Shown: positions 38,562-48,181, counted from the stretch's first letter. The stretch is 64,000 nucleotides of DNA from Prosthecobacter debontii (GCA_945869695.1 CAMBPV010000003.1:9687-73686); one strand, 5' to 3'. The notes: generated from the letters alone by a model not told the origin. Made by a program: numbers and translations.

Positions 38562-39542
38562 TTATTTACGCTGCCACTTGTCGTCTTTCTCCATCACCGA
38601 GCGCGGGCTTTCACTATTGAGCCAAGCTCTGGCCTCGGCGTCGCCTTTGAGAAAGGCATCCCAGAAGGCGGTGCTGAGAGCGAGTATGACGCGGTGGTGG
38701 TTGGGATTGCGATTCGCACCTTCGTTCGGGAGGGAACGTTCGCCAAAGGCACCGTGCTCGGCGTCGTGGAGGACCAGTTCGTATTTGTCGCCGGGCGGCA
38801 GCGCGGGAAAGACGCCGAGACGCGAATCGAGATCGCCACCGATGGTCATCGCACCGAAGCGGGCGATGTCTTTGGTGCCGGTCATGAGCAGCCATGGCAG
38901 CGTCACACTACCAAACGCACGCTCTGCGCTGCCTGCGGCGGGCACGCTGGGACTCATGGCCACGGCGGCTTTGATGCGAGGATCGGTGAAGCGTGCGCCG
39001 CCGACGAGCAGGCTTTGTCCGCTAACGGCCTGCGTGGTCACGGCACCGAAAGAATGGCCGGACATGCCCACGCGAGTGAGATCGAGCCTGCCACGCAAGG
39101 CGTGCGCTTCGTCTGCATGCCTGAGCGTGAGTTGATCGAGCACGGCGGGGATGTCGGCCACGCGCAGCATGAAGTTTTCGAGGCTCGCGGCCTGCTTCAT
39201 TGCCATCGGGATCTGCCCGGGGCGTTGGCCGCGCCACACGGATTCATCGCTACCCGGATGCTGCACGAAGACCACCGCGTATCCACGTGCGGACCAGTGT
39301 TTACCAAGGTATGGGTTATTTTGGCATGAACCGCCGAGCCCGTGGCTGAAAAGCACGACCGGTGCGGCTTGCTTCGTTGCGGGCAGATAGACGCGGATGG
39401 GTAGCGCGCGTTCGCGTTTCGGGTCTTGCACCTTAAAGTCGAGGGGCGCCGGCGATGCGGCCTCCGGCAATGCTAGCGGATCATAGGCTAAAACTGCTGT
39501 AGCGGCGTAAGAGGCGAGAAAAACGAATACAAGCGACTTCAT
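38562..39542 (-). CDS. Secreted alpha/beta hydrolase (PAF-acetylhydrolase / dienelactone-hydrolase-like)
   Basis: Signal peptide, oxyanion region VVLFSHGLGGS, and nucleophile elbow GMSGHSFGA. Confidence 0.7.
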   Translation of the reverse strand: MKSLVFVFLASYAATAVLAYDPLALPEAASPAPLDFKVQDPKRERALPIRVYLPATKQAAPVVLFSHGLGGSCQNNPYLGKHWSARGYAVVFVQHPGSDESVWRGQRPGQIPMAMKQAASLENFMLRVADIPAVLDQLTLRHADEAHALRGRLDLTRVGMSGHSFGAVTTQAVSGQSLLVGGARFTDPRIKAAVAMSPSVPAAGSAERAFGSVTLPWLLMTGTKDIARFGAMTIGGDLDSRLGVFPALPPGDKYELVLHDAEHGAFGERSLPNEGANRNPNHHRVILALSTAFWDAFLKGDAEARAWLNSESPRSVMEKDDKWQRK

Positions 39543-39651
39543 GGCTTTACAGACTCTCTAGAACTCCGTGAACTGGCAATGGTCGCGGACAACTTGCGAT
39601 CCCCAAGGTTCCTTAGCGAAAGAGTGTTGGATTTGGTCGAGTTGAAGGGGG

Positions 39652-40785
39652 ATGTCATTTAACCCGGTCATGATTTGGCGTCTTTTTGTTCTTCCCCTCG
39701 TCCTACTCGCCAGCGCATCGGCCGTTCAGGCGGCTGACAAAGCTCTGCCACGGAGCACGCCGGAGCAGCAGGGCATCTCATCGGCTGCGGTGCGTGACTT
39801 CATTGAGACGGCGGACAAGCAGATCCACACGCTGCACAGCTTCATGCTCGTGCGTCACGGTCACGTCATCGCGGAGGCCTGGTGGAAGCCGGAGTCGGCG
39901 GAGAAGCGCCACGTCATGTGGTCGCTGAGCAAGAGCTTCACCTCCACCGCCATCGGCCTCGCGGTCGCGGAGGGGAAACTGACGCTCGATGATCCCGTGC
40001 TGAAGTTTTTCCCCAATGAGGCGCCTGCGGAGGCGAGCGAGAACCTCAAGGCCATGCGCGTGCGCGACCTGCTCTCGATGAGCGGCGGGCATGAGGTGGA
40101 GCCGAAGTTTGGTTTCGACACCGGCCCGTCGGTGAAGGGTTTCCTCGCGCATCCAGTGACGCAGAAACCGGGCACGTTTTTCCGCTACAACACGCCCGGC
40201 AGCTACATGCTCTCCGCCATCATCACGAAGACCACTGGCCAGACCGTGCTCGATTACCTCAAACCGCGCCTTTTTGAGCCTCTCCGCATCGAAAGCCCCA
40301 TGTGGGACGCCAGCGCCGAGGGCCACAGCCTCGGTGGATACGGCCTGCATATCCGCACGGAGGACATCGCGAAGTTTGGCCAGCTCTACCTGCAAAGCGG
40401 CAAATGGAACGGGCAGCAGTTGCTCTCCGAAAAATGGGTCGCAGAAGCCACCTCGAAGCACGTGGACAATTCCAAAGCGCCCAGCGGCAAAACGTCCGAT
40501 TGGCAGCAAGGCTACGGCTTTCAGTTCTGGCGCTGCCAGCACAACTGCTTCCGTGGTGATGGTCGCGACGGCCAAATCTGCCTCGTGATCCCCGAGCACG
40601 ACGCCGTCGTTGCCATCACCGCGCAGACCGGCCAGATGCAGACCGAACTCGACCTCATTTGGGAAAAGTTGCTGCCAGCCTTCGCCAAAGGCGCGCTCCC
40701 CGCAAACACCGCCGAGCACGCAAAGCTCAAGAAAGCCGCCGCGAACCTCACCGCGCATCCCGCGCCGCCCAAAAAGGCGAAGTGA
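39652..40785 (+). CDS. Serine hydrolase of the beta-lactamase (class C / PBP4*-like) family
   Basis: Signal peptide and an SxxK box (WSLSKSFTS). The length and YNTPGSY region are typical of the family. Confidence 0.8.
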   Translation: MSFNPVMIWRLFVLPLVLLASASAVQAADKALPRSTPEQQGISSAAVRDFIETADKQIHTLHSFMLVRHGHVIAEAWWKPESAEKRHVMWSLSKSFTSTAIGLAVAEGKLTLDDPVLKFFPNEAPAEASENLKAMRVRDLLSMSGGHEVEPKFGFDTGPSVKGFLAHPVTQKPGTFFRYNTPGSYMLSAIITKTTGQTVLDYLKPRLFEPLRIESPMWDASAEGHSLGGYGLHIRTEDIAKFGQLYLQSGKWNGQQLLSEKWVAEATSKHVDNSKAPSGKTSDWQQGYGFQFWRCQHNCFRGDGRDGQICLVIPEHDAVVAITAQTGQMQTELDLIWEKLLPAFAKGALPANTAEHAKLKKAAANLTAHPAPPKKAK

Positions 40786-40823
40786 CCACTCGTCGAACCG
40801 CCATTCACGCACACCGCTCCATC

Positions 40824-41059
40824 ATGAAACGTCTCCTCCTTGCTCTCGCCTGCTTCACTTCCCTACAAGCCGCTGACACCTACACCGAGAACCCCGCTGG
40901 GTCATGGCCGGGATGCGCACGAACATGGCCCTCTATCAAAAAGGCTACCATCACCGCTACGTCTTCAGTAAAAAGAGCGGCCACTGCGACAAACGCGTCT
41001 TCGAGCACACGCTGACTGACACGCTCGTGTGGCTGTGGCGTGGATGGGAGGGGGGATGA
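40824..41059 (+). pseudogene. Remnant of a secreted esterase gene (signal peptide plus out-of-frame C-terminal fragment)
   Basis: MKRLLLALACFTSLQAADTYTENP.. runs into non-protein-like sequence. A different frame reads RWVMAGMRTNMALYQKGYHHRYVFSKKSGHCDKRVFEHTLTDTLVWLWRGWEGG* (stop 41057-41059). That resembles the extreme C-terminus of enterochelin-esterase-type putative esterases. Confidence 0.5.
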
Positions 41060-41131
41060 ATAGATTCGATTGTGGATCGAAGCCAACTGAACCGCGTTTT
41101 GCGATCCTTGCGTTCTTTTGCTGCGATCAAC

Positions 41132-42571
41132 TCAGGCCAGCTTGTAGCATTCCGCCCACTCGGCACGCGGTGGCGGGCCGGCGAGACGCGCGTTGGCTTC
41201 ATCGTTACCGATGAAGCGCTTCGTGGCCGGATCGAACTTCAGATCGACGTTCAGATACTCGGCGATGGTGCCGAGGTTCAGCACCTGGGTGAGCAGACCG
41301 GAGACGCTGAAGGGGGACTCGGTCTTGCCTTCGCCCATGCAGGCTTGAATGAAGCTGTTGAAGTGATTTCGCTCCAAAGGATGCAGCCCCATGGCGTCTT
41401 TGCGTTCCACCATCTTCGCCCGAGGATACAGGAGCGAATGGCGATCGTGCGAGCCACGCTGCACGAGGTAGTCGCCCTGTTTCCGGTGGAGGAGTGATCC
41501 TGCATTGCCGGGATTCGGGATCACGACTTTGCCGTCCGGGGCCGGGTCGCCATACTTTTCCTCAATGTCGAATTTGATGTCGCTACCGGCTTTCCAATGC
41601 AACTCCACGGCGGGCATCTTTTCGCCACGAGCCGGGAACTCGAAACGGATGTCCGAGCTCAGCGGATAGCTGATCTGGTTGTAGTCTGCGAGCGCCAGCG
41701 GCGTGATGCGCGTGGGCAGGCCGAGCTTCAGGTGATCATGCGCAAAGTCGATGATGTGAGCGCCCCAGTCGCCAAACATGCCGCCGCCGTAGAGGTGGAA
41801 ACCGCGCCAGTTGAACGGGTGATACATCTTGCTGTAGGGCTTCACCTCCTGAGGGCCGCACCAGAGGTCCCAGTTCAGCGTTTCGGGCTTCGGCTCCTCG
41901 GCCGGATAGCCCTTCACGAGCGCACGCTCCGCCGCATTCATAAACCAAAGCGAGGGCGACTTCCACGCGTCGATCTTCACGATGTCATCCACGATGCCCG
42001 CCGCGAGCATTTGCTTGAACTGCTCCGCGCCGGCCGAGGTGTGGCCCTGATTGCCCATCTGCGTCACCACTTTGAACTTCTTCTCGGCACGCATGAGGAT
42101 CTCCGCCTCTTCAAACGTGTGCGTCAGCGGCTTCTCCACATACACATGCTTGCCGAGCGCCATCGCGCTGATCGCGGCGACGAAGTGCGTGTGATCCGGC
42201 GTGACCACGCTTACGGCGTCGATGTCGTTGCCCATTTTGTCGAGCATCTCGCGGAAATCCTGGAAGCGCTTCACGTCCGGGAAGGCCTTCAGGTTTTTCT
42301 CAATGCCCTTCGCCATGGCGAAGTCCACATCCGCAAAGGCCACCGGAATCGAATTGCCTGCTGCGGTGAGCCCGGGGATGACACTGCCGGCACGTCCGCC
42401 GACACCGATGCAACCCAGATTAATGCGCCGACTCGGCGGCAGCTTCGGATTGTCCGCCGCGCGCGCGCTGGTGAGGTAGGACGGGATAAAATTGAAGCCG
42501 AGTCCCGCGGCGATGGTTTGCTGGACGAAACGACGACGGGATGGGCTGGCGGAGGCTGTAGGTTTTTTCAT
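41132..42571 (-). CDS. TAT-exported Gfo/Idh/MocA NAD-binding enzyme (GH109-like candidate)
   Basis: Twin-arginine signal SRRRFVQQTIAAGLG..ARA, then the Rossmann motif INLGCIGVGGRAG. 479 aa. Confidence 0.85.
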   Translation of the reverse strand: MKKPTASASPSRRRFVQQTIAAGLGFNFIPSYLTSARAADNPKLPPSRRINLGCIGVGGRAGSVIPGLTAAGNSIPVAFADVDFAMAKGIEKNLKAFPDVKRFQDFREMLDKMGNDIDAVSVVTPDHTHFVAAISAMALGKHVYVEKPLTHTFEEAEILMRAEKKFKVVTQMGNQGHTSAGAEQFKQMLAAGIVDDIVKIDAWKSPSLWFMNAAERALVKGYPAEEPKPETLNWDLWCGPQEVKPYSKMYHPFNWRGFHLYGGGMFGDWGAHIIDFAHDHLKLGLPTRITPLALADYNQISYPLSSDIRFEFPARGEKMPAVELHWKAGSDIKFDIEEKYGDPAPDGKVVIPNPGNAGSLLHRKQGDYLVQRGSHDRHSLLYPRAKMVERKDAMGLHPLERNHFNSFIQACMGEGKTESPFSVSGLLTQVLNLGTIAEYLNVDLKFDPATKRFIGNDEANARLAGPPPRAEWAECYKLA

Positions 42572-42677
42572 GGTTAAGGATAAGAGGCGAATTGATAAGG
42601 GTAATTGTCTGAAGGTAAAAGAGCCAGCTTGGAATCCTGTTGGTGGGTTGAGAAGCGGGGAAAGTCTTTCAACGCTG

Positions 42678-43835
42678 CTACTTAACGAGCGGCTTCGCAG
42701 GCATCTTCACCGTATCTGCATCTCCAAGCTTCACTTTGAGCAATTCGACACTCTGTTTGCCACCTGCGAAAGCGATGAAGAGGCTATCGCCATGCTCGAT
42801 GACGTGTGGGTAGTCGATGTGACGACCGCCAACGAGGTAGAGCATTTTGGTGAAGAAAAGGCCGTCATCGCTGATGGAGAGTGTGAGTGGATCGCGCTTC
42901 TTCGGGTTTGGATTCGAGATGAGCACGTAACGGCCATCGCGGAGGCGGAGGCCGCTGATTTTGGAGGTGGCATCGGGGAAGTTCGTCTTCTGCGGTGTGC
43001 TCCAGGTGCGGCCGTCGTCTTTGGAGAAGGCGCGGTAGAGGAAGCCGCTGCGGCGGTTGTCGCGAAAGACGGCAGCGAGCGTTTGATCCGGCAAAATCCA
43101 CCAATCGGGCTCCTCGGCATTCAATTCCGACGCACTGCCGAGCACGGGGAAGGACTGCCAGTCGCTGAGCGCCTTCACGCCGCCGACGAGGAAATGCACC
43201 CCGCTGTTTTTGTAGTCGAACATGCGGCGGGACATCATCCAGTCGCCGGTGCGCAGTTTTAGCGGCGGGAAATTGTTGATGGTGTTGTTGAAGACGAGCC
43301 CAGCATCGCGCCACTCACGGGAGCCTTTGTCGAAGCGGAAGGTGCGGAGTTCGAGGCTGGGGCCGAAAAAGCCCGCCGCTTCATCAAGCGAAGCGAGCGC
43401 CAGCAAGTCGCCATCGCGTTTCCAGAAACCGCGTGAGATCCAGCGCATACCTTTATCTGTGCGTGTGCCATAGTGTGGCGAATCGGGCCCCGAGTTCGGC
43501 GGGATGGGTGTTAAAAACTGAGGTGTGTTCCACTTCAAGCCGTCAGGACTCGTCGCATACTTTACGCGTTGGCCCACGCGATCTTCAATGCCTGGCCCAT
43601 CGCTCCACATGGCCCAAAACTGGCCATCGTGATGCGCGAGGTAGTTGTGCTGATTCACGCCGCCGATCTTTTTGTCGAGCGCATCGGTTGAACTGTCTTT
43701 GGCATGCACATCGTTGATGATGACGTGCTCGCTGGGAACGCGTGGCAGTGAGGCGAAATCGAGCTGATGCGAATCGTCCGGCAGCCATGGGCCTGAGAGC
43801 ATGACTGGCGAGGCCGGATTCGACGGCTCGGCCAA
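42678..43835 (-). CDS. BNR/sialidase-fold (exo-alpha-sialidase-like) protein
   Basis: One clear Asp-box (SKDDGRTWS) and beta-propeller-like composition. The track start is TTG 43835, but a signal-peptide-like sequence lies in frame upstream without an ATG/GTG/TTG (see findings). Confidence 0.7.
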   Translation of the reverse strand: MAEPSNPASPVMLSGPWLPDDSHQLDFASLPRVPSEHVIINDVHAKDSSTDALDKKIGGVNQHNYLAHHDGQFWAMWSDGPGIEDRVGQRVKYATSPDGLKWNTPQFLTPIPPNSGPDSPHYGTRTDKGMRWISRGFWKRDGDLLALASLDEAAGFFGPSLELRTFRFDKGSREWRDAGLVFNNTINNFPPLKLRTGDWMMSRRMFDYKNSGVHFLVGGVKALSDWQSFPVLGSASELNAEEPDWWILPDQTLAAVFRDNRRSGFLYRAFSKDDGRTWSTPQKTNFPDATSKISGLRLRDGRYVLISNPNPKKRDPLTLSISDDGLFFTKMLYLVGGRHIDYPHVIEHGDSLFIAFAGGKQSVELLKVKLGDADTVKMPAKPLVK

Positions 43836-43942
43836 GGCAGATGCTGCGAGGAATGCGAGGAGGAGGGCTTTCAGGGTCTTAGATTTGATTGGTGTTCGAT
43901 TAGGTTAGGAAAACTCGAATTCGAGCGCCACTCGCGTCTATG

Positions 43943-44995
43943 TCAATGCGGCCACTGGCCGTCCACCATGGGTTTGGAGGTCATCTTGGCGGGATCGACA
44001 ATGAGATGCTTCACCTTCTGGCGCTTCCAGGTGTAGGTGATGTGGACGAGTCCATCGCTGGTTTGGATGATGGCAGGATAGCTGAATTCCTTCTTCGGCT
44101 CGTCTTCGAGAACCAATGCGGCTTCCCATGTTTTGCCATCTTTGCTGACGGCGAGGTTCAGCGGGCTGCGGCCTTTGGCGGTGTGGTTGTAAATGAGGAG
44201 GTGGCGGCCGTCATGAAGGGTGACGGCATCGGTGCCGGAGTTTGGATTGGGCAGTGCGGTGAGGGAGATATCGCCCCAGGTTTTGCCAGCGTCGTCGGAG
44301 GTGATTTGGAAGACCTTCTGCTGGCGTGTGCGGCCCACGGCTTGGAGTTTATCGCCACCGAGGTAGAGGATACTCGGTTGAATGGCGCTGACGGTAAGAC
44401 CGTCGTGCAGCAATTCGGTGCGGCTCCACGTTTTACCAAGATCGCTGGTGCGCTCGAAGTAGATGGCCCAAGAGCTGGGTTTGGTATCGGTCTCGTTGCT
44501 CGTTGGGCAGAGGATGTCGCCATTCGGAAGCTGCACCGGCTTGTTCTTGATGGGGCCGAAGATACCTTTCGGCAGCTTTTGGGCCAGGGACCATGTCGTG
44601 CCGCCATCATTGCTCGTCTTGACTTCTCCCCACCAGGTGCTCGGCGATGAGCCGACTTTGTAGAACAGCATGAGGGGCGCATCTTTGGGCTGAAACAAGA
44701 CGGGGTTCCACGTGGGATGACGGGTGCCGTCAGGCTGCACTCCATTGGCTGTTTCTACGCTCTCCGTCCACTGGCCATCGACGAGGCGGGAGACCCAGAT
44801 GCAGACATCAGGATTCTTTTCTGCGGTGCCCCCGAACCAGGCGCAGACCATGCCCGAGGGCGTCTCCACGATGGTGGTGGCGTGGATCGAGGGGTAGGGA
44901 CCGGTGTCGTAGATGAACTCGCTGGTGAGAACAGCCGGATCGGCGGCCATGATTTGCAGCGTAGAAACGGAAAGAGCACAGAGGAGAGGTTTCAT
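43943..44995 (-). CDS. BNR/sialidase-fold (exo-alpha-sialidase-like) secreted protein
   Basis: Signal peptide from ATG 44995. Four Asp-boxes (SNDGGTTWS, SDLGKTWS, SDDAGKTWG, SKDGKTWE). Its start overlaps the MFS stop (ATGA). Confidence 0.8.
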   Translation of the reverse strand: MKPLLCALSVSTLQIMAADPAVLTSEFIYDTGPYPSIHATTIVETPSGMVCAWFGGTAEKNPDVCIWVSRLVDGQWTESVETANGVQPDGTRHPTWNPVLFQPKDAPLMLFYKVGSSPSTWWGEVKTSNDGGTTWSLAQKLPKGIFGPIKNKPVQLPNGDILCPTSNETDTKPSSWAIYFERTSDLGKTWSRTELLHDGLTVSAIQPSILYLGGDKLQAVGRTRQQKVFQITSDDAGKTWGDISLTALPNPNSGTDAVTLHDGRHLLIYNHTAKGRSPLNLAVSKDGKTWEAALVLEDEPKKEFSYPAIIQTSDGLVHITYTWKRQKVKHLIVDPAKMTSKPMVDGQWPH

Positions 44996-46230
44996 GATGG
45001 AGTCTGTTCGCGGGACGAGTTGGGTTTGATCAAGAGCACGATGAAGATTGAGAGCAGAGCAATTCCAGCAAAGGCTCCGAAGATGAGATTCAGGGGGATG
45101 TGGCGATCTCGTAGGGCACCGAAGGCGACATCGCCGAAGCCTCCGAAGCTGATGCTGACGAGGTTCATGATTCCGTAGCCTGTGGCTCGCCACTCGGGAC
45201 GGGCGATCTGGCAGAGAATGGGCATGTTATTGCAATCAAAGAAGCCCCAGCCGAGCCCGAAGACGATGAGGCCGATGATCGCGATGGTCAGGGTGCTGGC
45301 ATTGCCGACGCTGAACAAGGCGGGCAGGAACATGGCCATGCCGATCGCGCTGGTGAAGATGCGACCGCGAGGTGTTTTACTCATCCAGCGATCTGCTAAT
45401 GTGCCGCCGATGAGTGCACCAATGAGTGAGGCGACTTGGACATAGAGGATGGCGCTCATGCCGGCTTTGCCTTGACCGAGGCCGAACTTTTCTTTCAGGA
45501 TGTCCGGCATCCAATCGCGCACGACCCAACCCGCAATGGCTGGCAGTGTGAAGTATAGAATGAGCAGGAGGAAATTCCGATTGCCAAGCAATCCCTTGAA
45601 AGCATTCCCGCTTGTTTTGGCCTCTGCGGTCTGCGACGCAGTCCGCACCGGATTGCGGAGCATCGAGAGAAGTGGTAGCGCATAGATCACCCCGATCATG
45701 CCGCTGGCGGAGAAGGCCCAGCGCCATCCGTGATCAGGCGAATCGGCCACATAACCCGCAAACCCTCCCAGGATTTGGCCAACGTAGATTCCGGCTTGAT
45801 GGAATCCTATGGCCCTAGAACGCGTATCCCCTTGATGGAAGTCCGCGATTAGTGCCAGCGCACAGGGTATGTAAAACGCTTCGCTGATCCCCATGCAGGC
45901 GCGGGCGATCACAAGTTCATGGAAGGTCGTCACATGACCCGTCCACCAAGTTACGGCTGACCACGCGATCAAACTGAAACCGATGACGTGTCTTTTGCTG
46001 AAGCGATCCGCGATGTAGCCACCTAATGGGCTCAAAATCGCATAGGTCCATTTGAACCATCCTAGAACCCACCCCCAGTCTTCTTTGTTCGAGATGGTCG
46101 GAATGTCATGCACCATTGATGCCTTCATTGTGGCTAGCATCTGCCGGTCAAGGTAGTTCAAGAGAGCTACCGGAAACAGCAGGCATACGATAATCCAACC
46201 GTAGTGGAGCGGGTTGCGTGATTCCGACAT
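44992..46230 (-). CDS. MFS transporter (anion/sugar-acid:cation symporter-like)
   Basis: About 12 hydrophobic spans and the MFS loop motif GGYIADRFSKR. 412 aa. Confidence 0.8.
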   Translation of the reverse strand: MSESRNPLHYGWIIVCLLFPVALLNYLDRQMLATMKASMVHDIPTISNKEDWGWVLGWFKWTYAILSPLGGYIADRFSKRHVIGFSLIAWSAVTWWTGHVTTFHELVIARACMGISEAFYIPCALALIADFHQGDTRSRAIGFHQAGIYVGQILGGFAGYVADSPDHGWRWAFSASGMIGVIYALPLLSMLRNPVRTASQTAEAKTSGNAFKGLLGNRNFLLLILYFTLPAIAGWVVRDWMPDILKEKFGLGQGKAGMSAILYVQVASLIGALIGGTLADRWMSKTPRGRIFTSAIGMAMFLPALFSVGNASTLTIAIIGLIVFGLGWGFFDCNNMPILCQIARPEWRATGYGIMNLVSISFGGFGDVAFGALRDRHIPLNLIFGAFAGIALLSIFIVLLIKPNSSREQTPS

Positions 46231-46231
46231 T

Positions 46232-48172
46232 TTACTTACTGCTGCGTGGATTCTTCAGGAAATACAAGCGCCCGTCTTCAGCGCCGCCCACAAAGTCGGG
46301 AATGGTGTCGCCATCAAAATCGACCACGGTTGGGCTGACGTCATGGCCTTCAATGTTCTTGTCTGCGAGTGTGCCCGCGTTCTTCATTACCCAGTTTCCA
46401 TCTTTGAAATCGACCTGCGGAAGAAAGTCTGCATTGGAGGAGTTGAGAAGGATGTCGAACTTGCCATCACCATCCCAGTCGGTCACACAGATTTTTCGCC
46501 GTCCACTCTTGCCAGCGGTGCCTGCGTTTAATTGCAGAGGTTTGCCGCTATCATCGATAAACGCGCGCCGCGGGTGCTTGAGGATCAGTTGCCCATCGAC
46601 CTTCGCACGCTCGAAAAAGGCGAGATATCCCTCGGTGTCGAGCATCGCGAGATCGAGCAGACCATCGCCATCGAAGTCGTAGAGCGCAGGAGTCGTGCGC
46701 CACTGAGTGAGCAACCCTTTGCCGTCGGGCTTCAGCCAGCCCCAGGCGAGCTTCGGTTGTTCGCCATTCCATTCGACCTCGATTGGCTGAGGCGCAGCGA
46801 GTTTGGGCTCTGCACGAGAACCGATATTCTTGAGCCATTGCACTTGGCTGATGATCGAATTCAGCACGATGTCGGGCAATCCATCGCCATCCCAGTCCGC
46901 GATGTTGAGCGTCGTATAGCCCCACTTGGCTTCGGCGGGTCCTTGAATGCTTTGATTGCCTGCCAGAACGCGAAAGGTTTTGCCATCAGCTTTGAGACGC
47001 TTCGGTGCGGCCCACTTCGGTTGCGCTACCTTTGGTCCACTGAGGTTCTCGAAGAATTCGATGTACCCCGCCGTGTTGCCGCTCACGATGTCGGTGTCCC
47101 CATCGCCATCCCAGTCGAATCCAACTGGCGTCGCGAGCGCACCACATTTTAACGTGCTGGCCTCTTGTTTGAAATACTTTGGCTTTTCGAAGATGGGCGA
47201 CTGACCGGCAGCAAGTTTTCCCGTGTTCTCGATGAAAGCCACGCGGCCGTCCTCATCGCCACAGACGAGATCCTTGTCGCCGTCCTTGTCCCAATCGAAA
47301 GCGACTGGCGCGATCATTTCCAAATCCATGCGCAGGTGCTTGCCGGCCGTGTCAGTGACCCGAACTCCCTTCGCATAGATCGGAGCGGTGCGCGTGCCCG
47401 TGTTTTGGAAATAGGTGAACTTGTCCAAAAACTCGCCGCACAGCAGATCGACGTCTCCGTCGCCATCGAAGTCCTCAAACTGGGGGGAGGGGCAACCGAA
47501 CACATCGAGACGCTTGCCGCCCGCGTCGATGAACTTGGGTTTGTCATACTTGGGCTCAGCGGTGCTGCCCTCGTTCTTGATGAAGTAGATCCAGCCATGC
47601 AGTGGACCGTTCTGCCACTTGCCATCCACGCTCCACGCATCATCCCAGCCGTAGTAACTCCAGTCCTCAACCGCGACAATGAGGTCGAGTGCACCATTGC
47701 CATCATAGTCAGCGTATCGCCACTGATTGTGTCTCATTTTGGGTCCCTTTGGCTGCGTGCCCTTGGGTTTGTGAAACTTGGCATCGAGAGGCAGCTTCAC
47801 TTTTTCGTCGAGCCCGGTCTTTGTGAAATTCTTGTACTCCACGCCGGGTGTCAATACGCGCATCCCACCCTCGACGTAGCTCGGCATGACGTAGTGCACC
47901 GTTTTACTGAGAAACTTACCCGCCTTGAAGACTGGCATCTTGTGCTTTGCCGTATCGCCCGTGGTGTTCTCAAACAAATACACGCCGTTGCTCGGTTTGT
48001 CCGGGCAGGAGACGATCAAATCGTAGTCACCATCACCGTCCGCATCACAGGGAACAGGCCAAGCCCAGAGACCAACGCCCAGATCGACCGCGAGACCGGG
48101 ATTGTGATAAGGGAGGGGTTCAAGAGCGCAAAGTGGCGCTGTGAGCAAAAACAAGGCGGAGGTCAGCTTCAT
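46232..48172 (-). CDS. Secreted FG-GAP/VCBS repeat protein
   Basis: Signal peptide MKLTSALFLLTAPLCA. Nine Ca-binding-type repeats (DADGDGDYDLIV, DYDGNGALDLIV, DFDGDGDVDLLCG, DWDKDGDKDLVCG, DWDGDGDTDIVSG, DWDGDGLPDIV, DFDGDGLLDLA, DWDGDGKFDILL, DFDGDTIPDFVGG). Confidence 0.8.
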   Translation of the reverse strand: MKLTSALFLLTAPLCALEPLPYHNPGLAVDLGVGLWAWPVPCDADGDGDYDLIVSCPDKPSNGVYLFENTTGDTAKHKMPVFKAGKFLSKTVHYVMPSYVEGGMRVLTPGVEYKNFTKTGLDEKVKLPLDAKFHKPKGTQPKGPKMRHNQWRYADYDGNGALDLIVAVEDWSYYGWDDAWSVDGKWQNGPLHGWIYFIKNEGSTAEPKYDKPKFIDAGGKRLDVFGCPSPQFEDFDGDGDVDLLCGEFLDKFTYFQNTGTRTAPIYAKGVRVTDTAGKHLRMDLEMIAPVAFDWDKDGDKDLVCGDEDGRVAFIENTGKLAAGQSPIFEKPKYFKQEASTLKCGALATPVGFDWDGDGDTDIVSGNTAGYIEFFENLSGPKVAQPKWAAPKRLKADGKTFRVLAGNQSIQGPAEAKWGYTTLNIADWDGDGLPDIVLNSIISQVQWLKNIGSRAEPKLAAPQPIEVEWNGEQPKLAWGWLKPDGKGLLTQWRTTPALYDFDGDGLLDLAMLDTEGYLAFFERAKVDGQLILKHPRRAFIDDSGKPLQLNAGTAGKSGRRKICVTDWDGDGKFDILLNSSNADFLPQVDFKDGNWVMKNAGTLADKNIEGHDVSPTVVDFDGDTIPDFVGGAEDGRLYFLKNPRSSK

Positions 48173-48181
48173 GATTGATGT

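Noticed and set aside
39778-40812. 344-aa minus-strand ORF
   Set aside because: It is antisense to the beta-lactamase-family gene (SxxK box, signal peptide). It is Arg/Leu/Gly-rich, as expected of a GC-rich shadow frame.
41597-42577. 326-aa + strand ORF
   Set aside because: It is antisense to the TAT-signal Gfo/Idh/MocA gene and is Arg/His-rich, not protein-like.
47165-48178. 337-aa + strand ORF (and 46532..47152, 206 aa)
   Set aside because: They are antisense to the FG-GAP repeat gene, whose nine D-x-D-G-D-G repeats clearly define the true frame.
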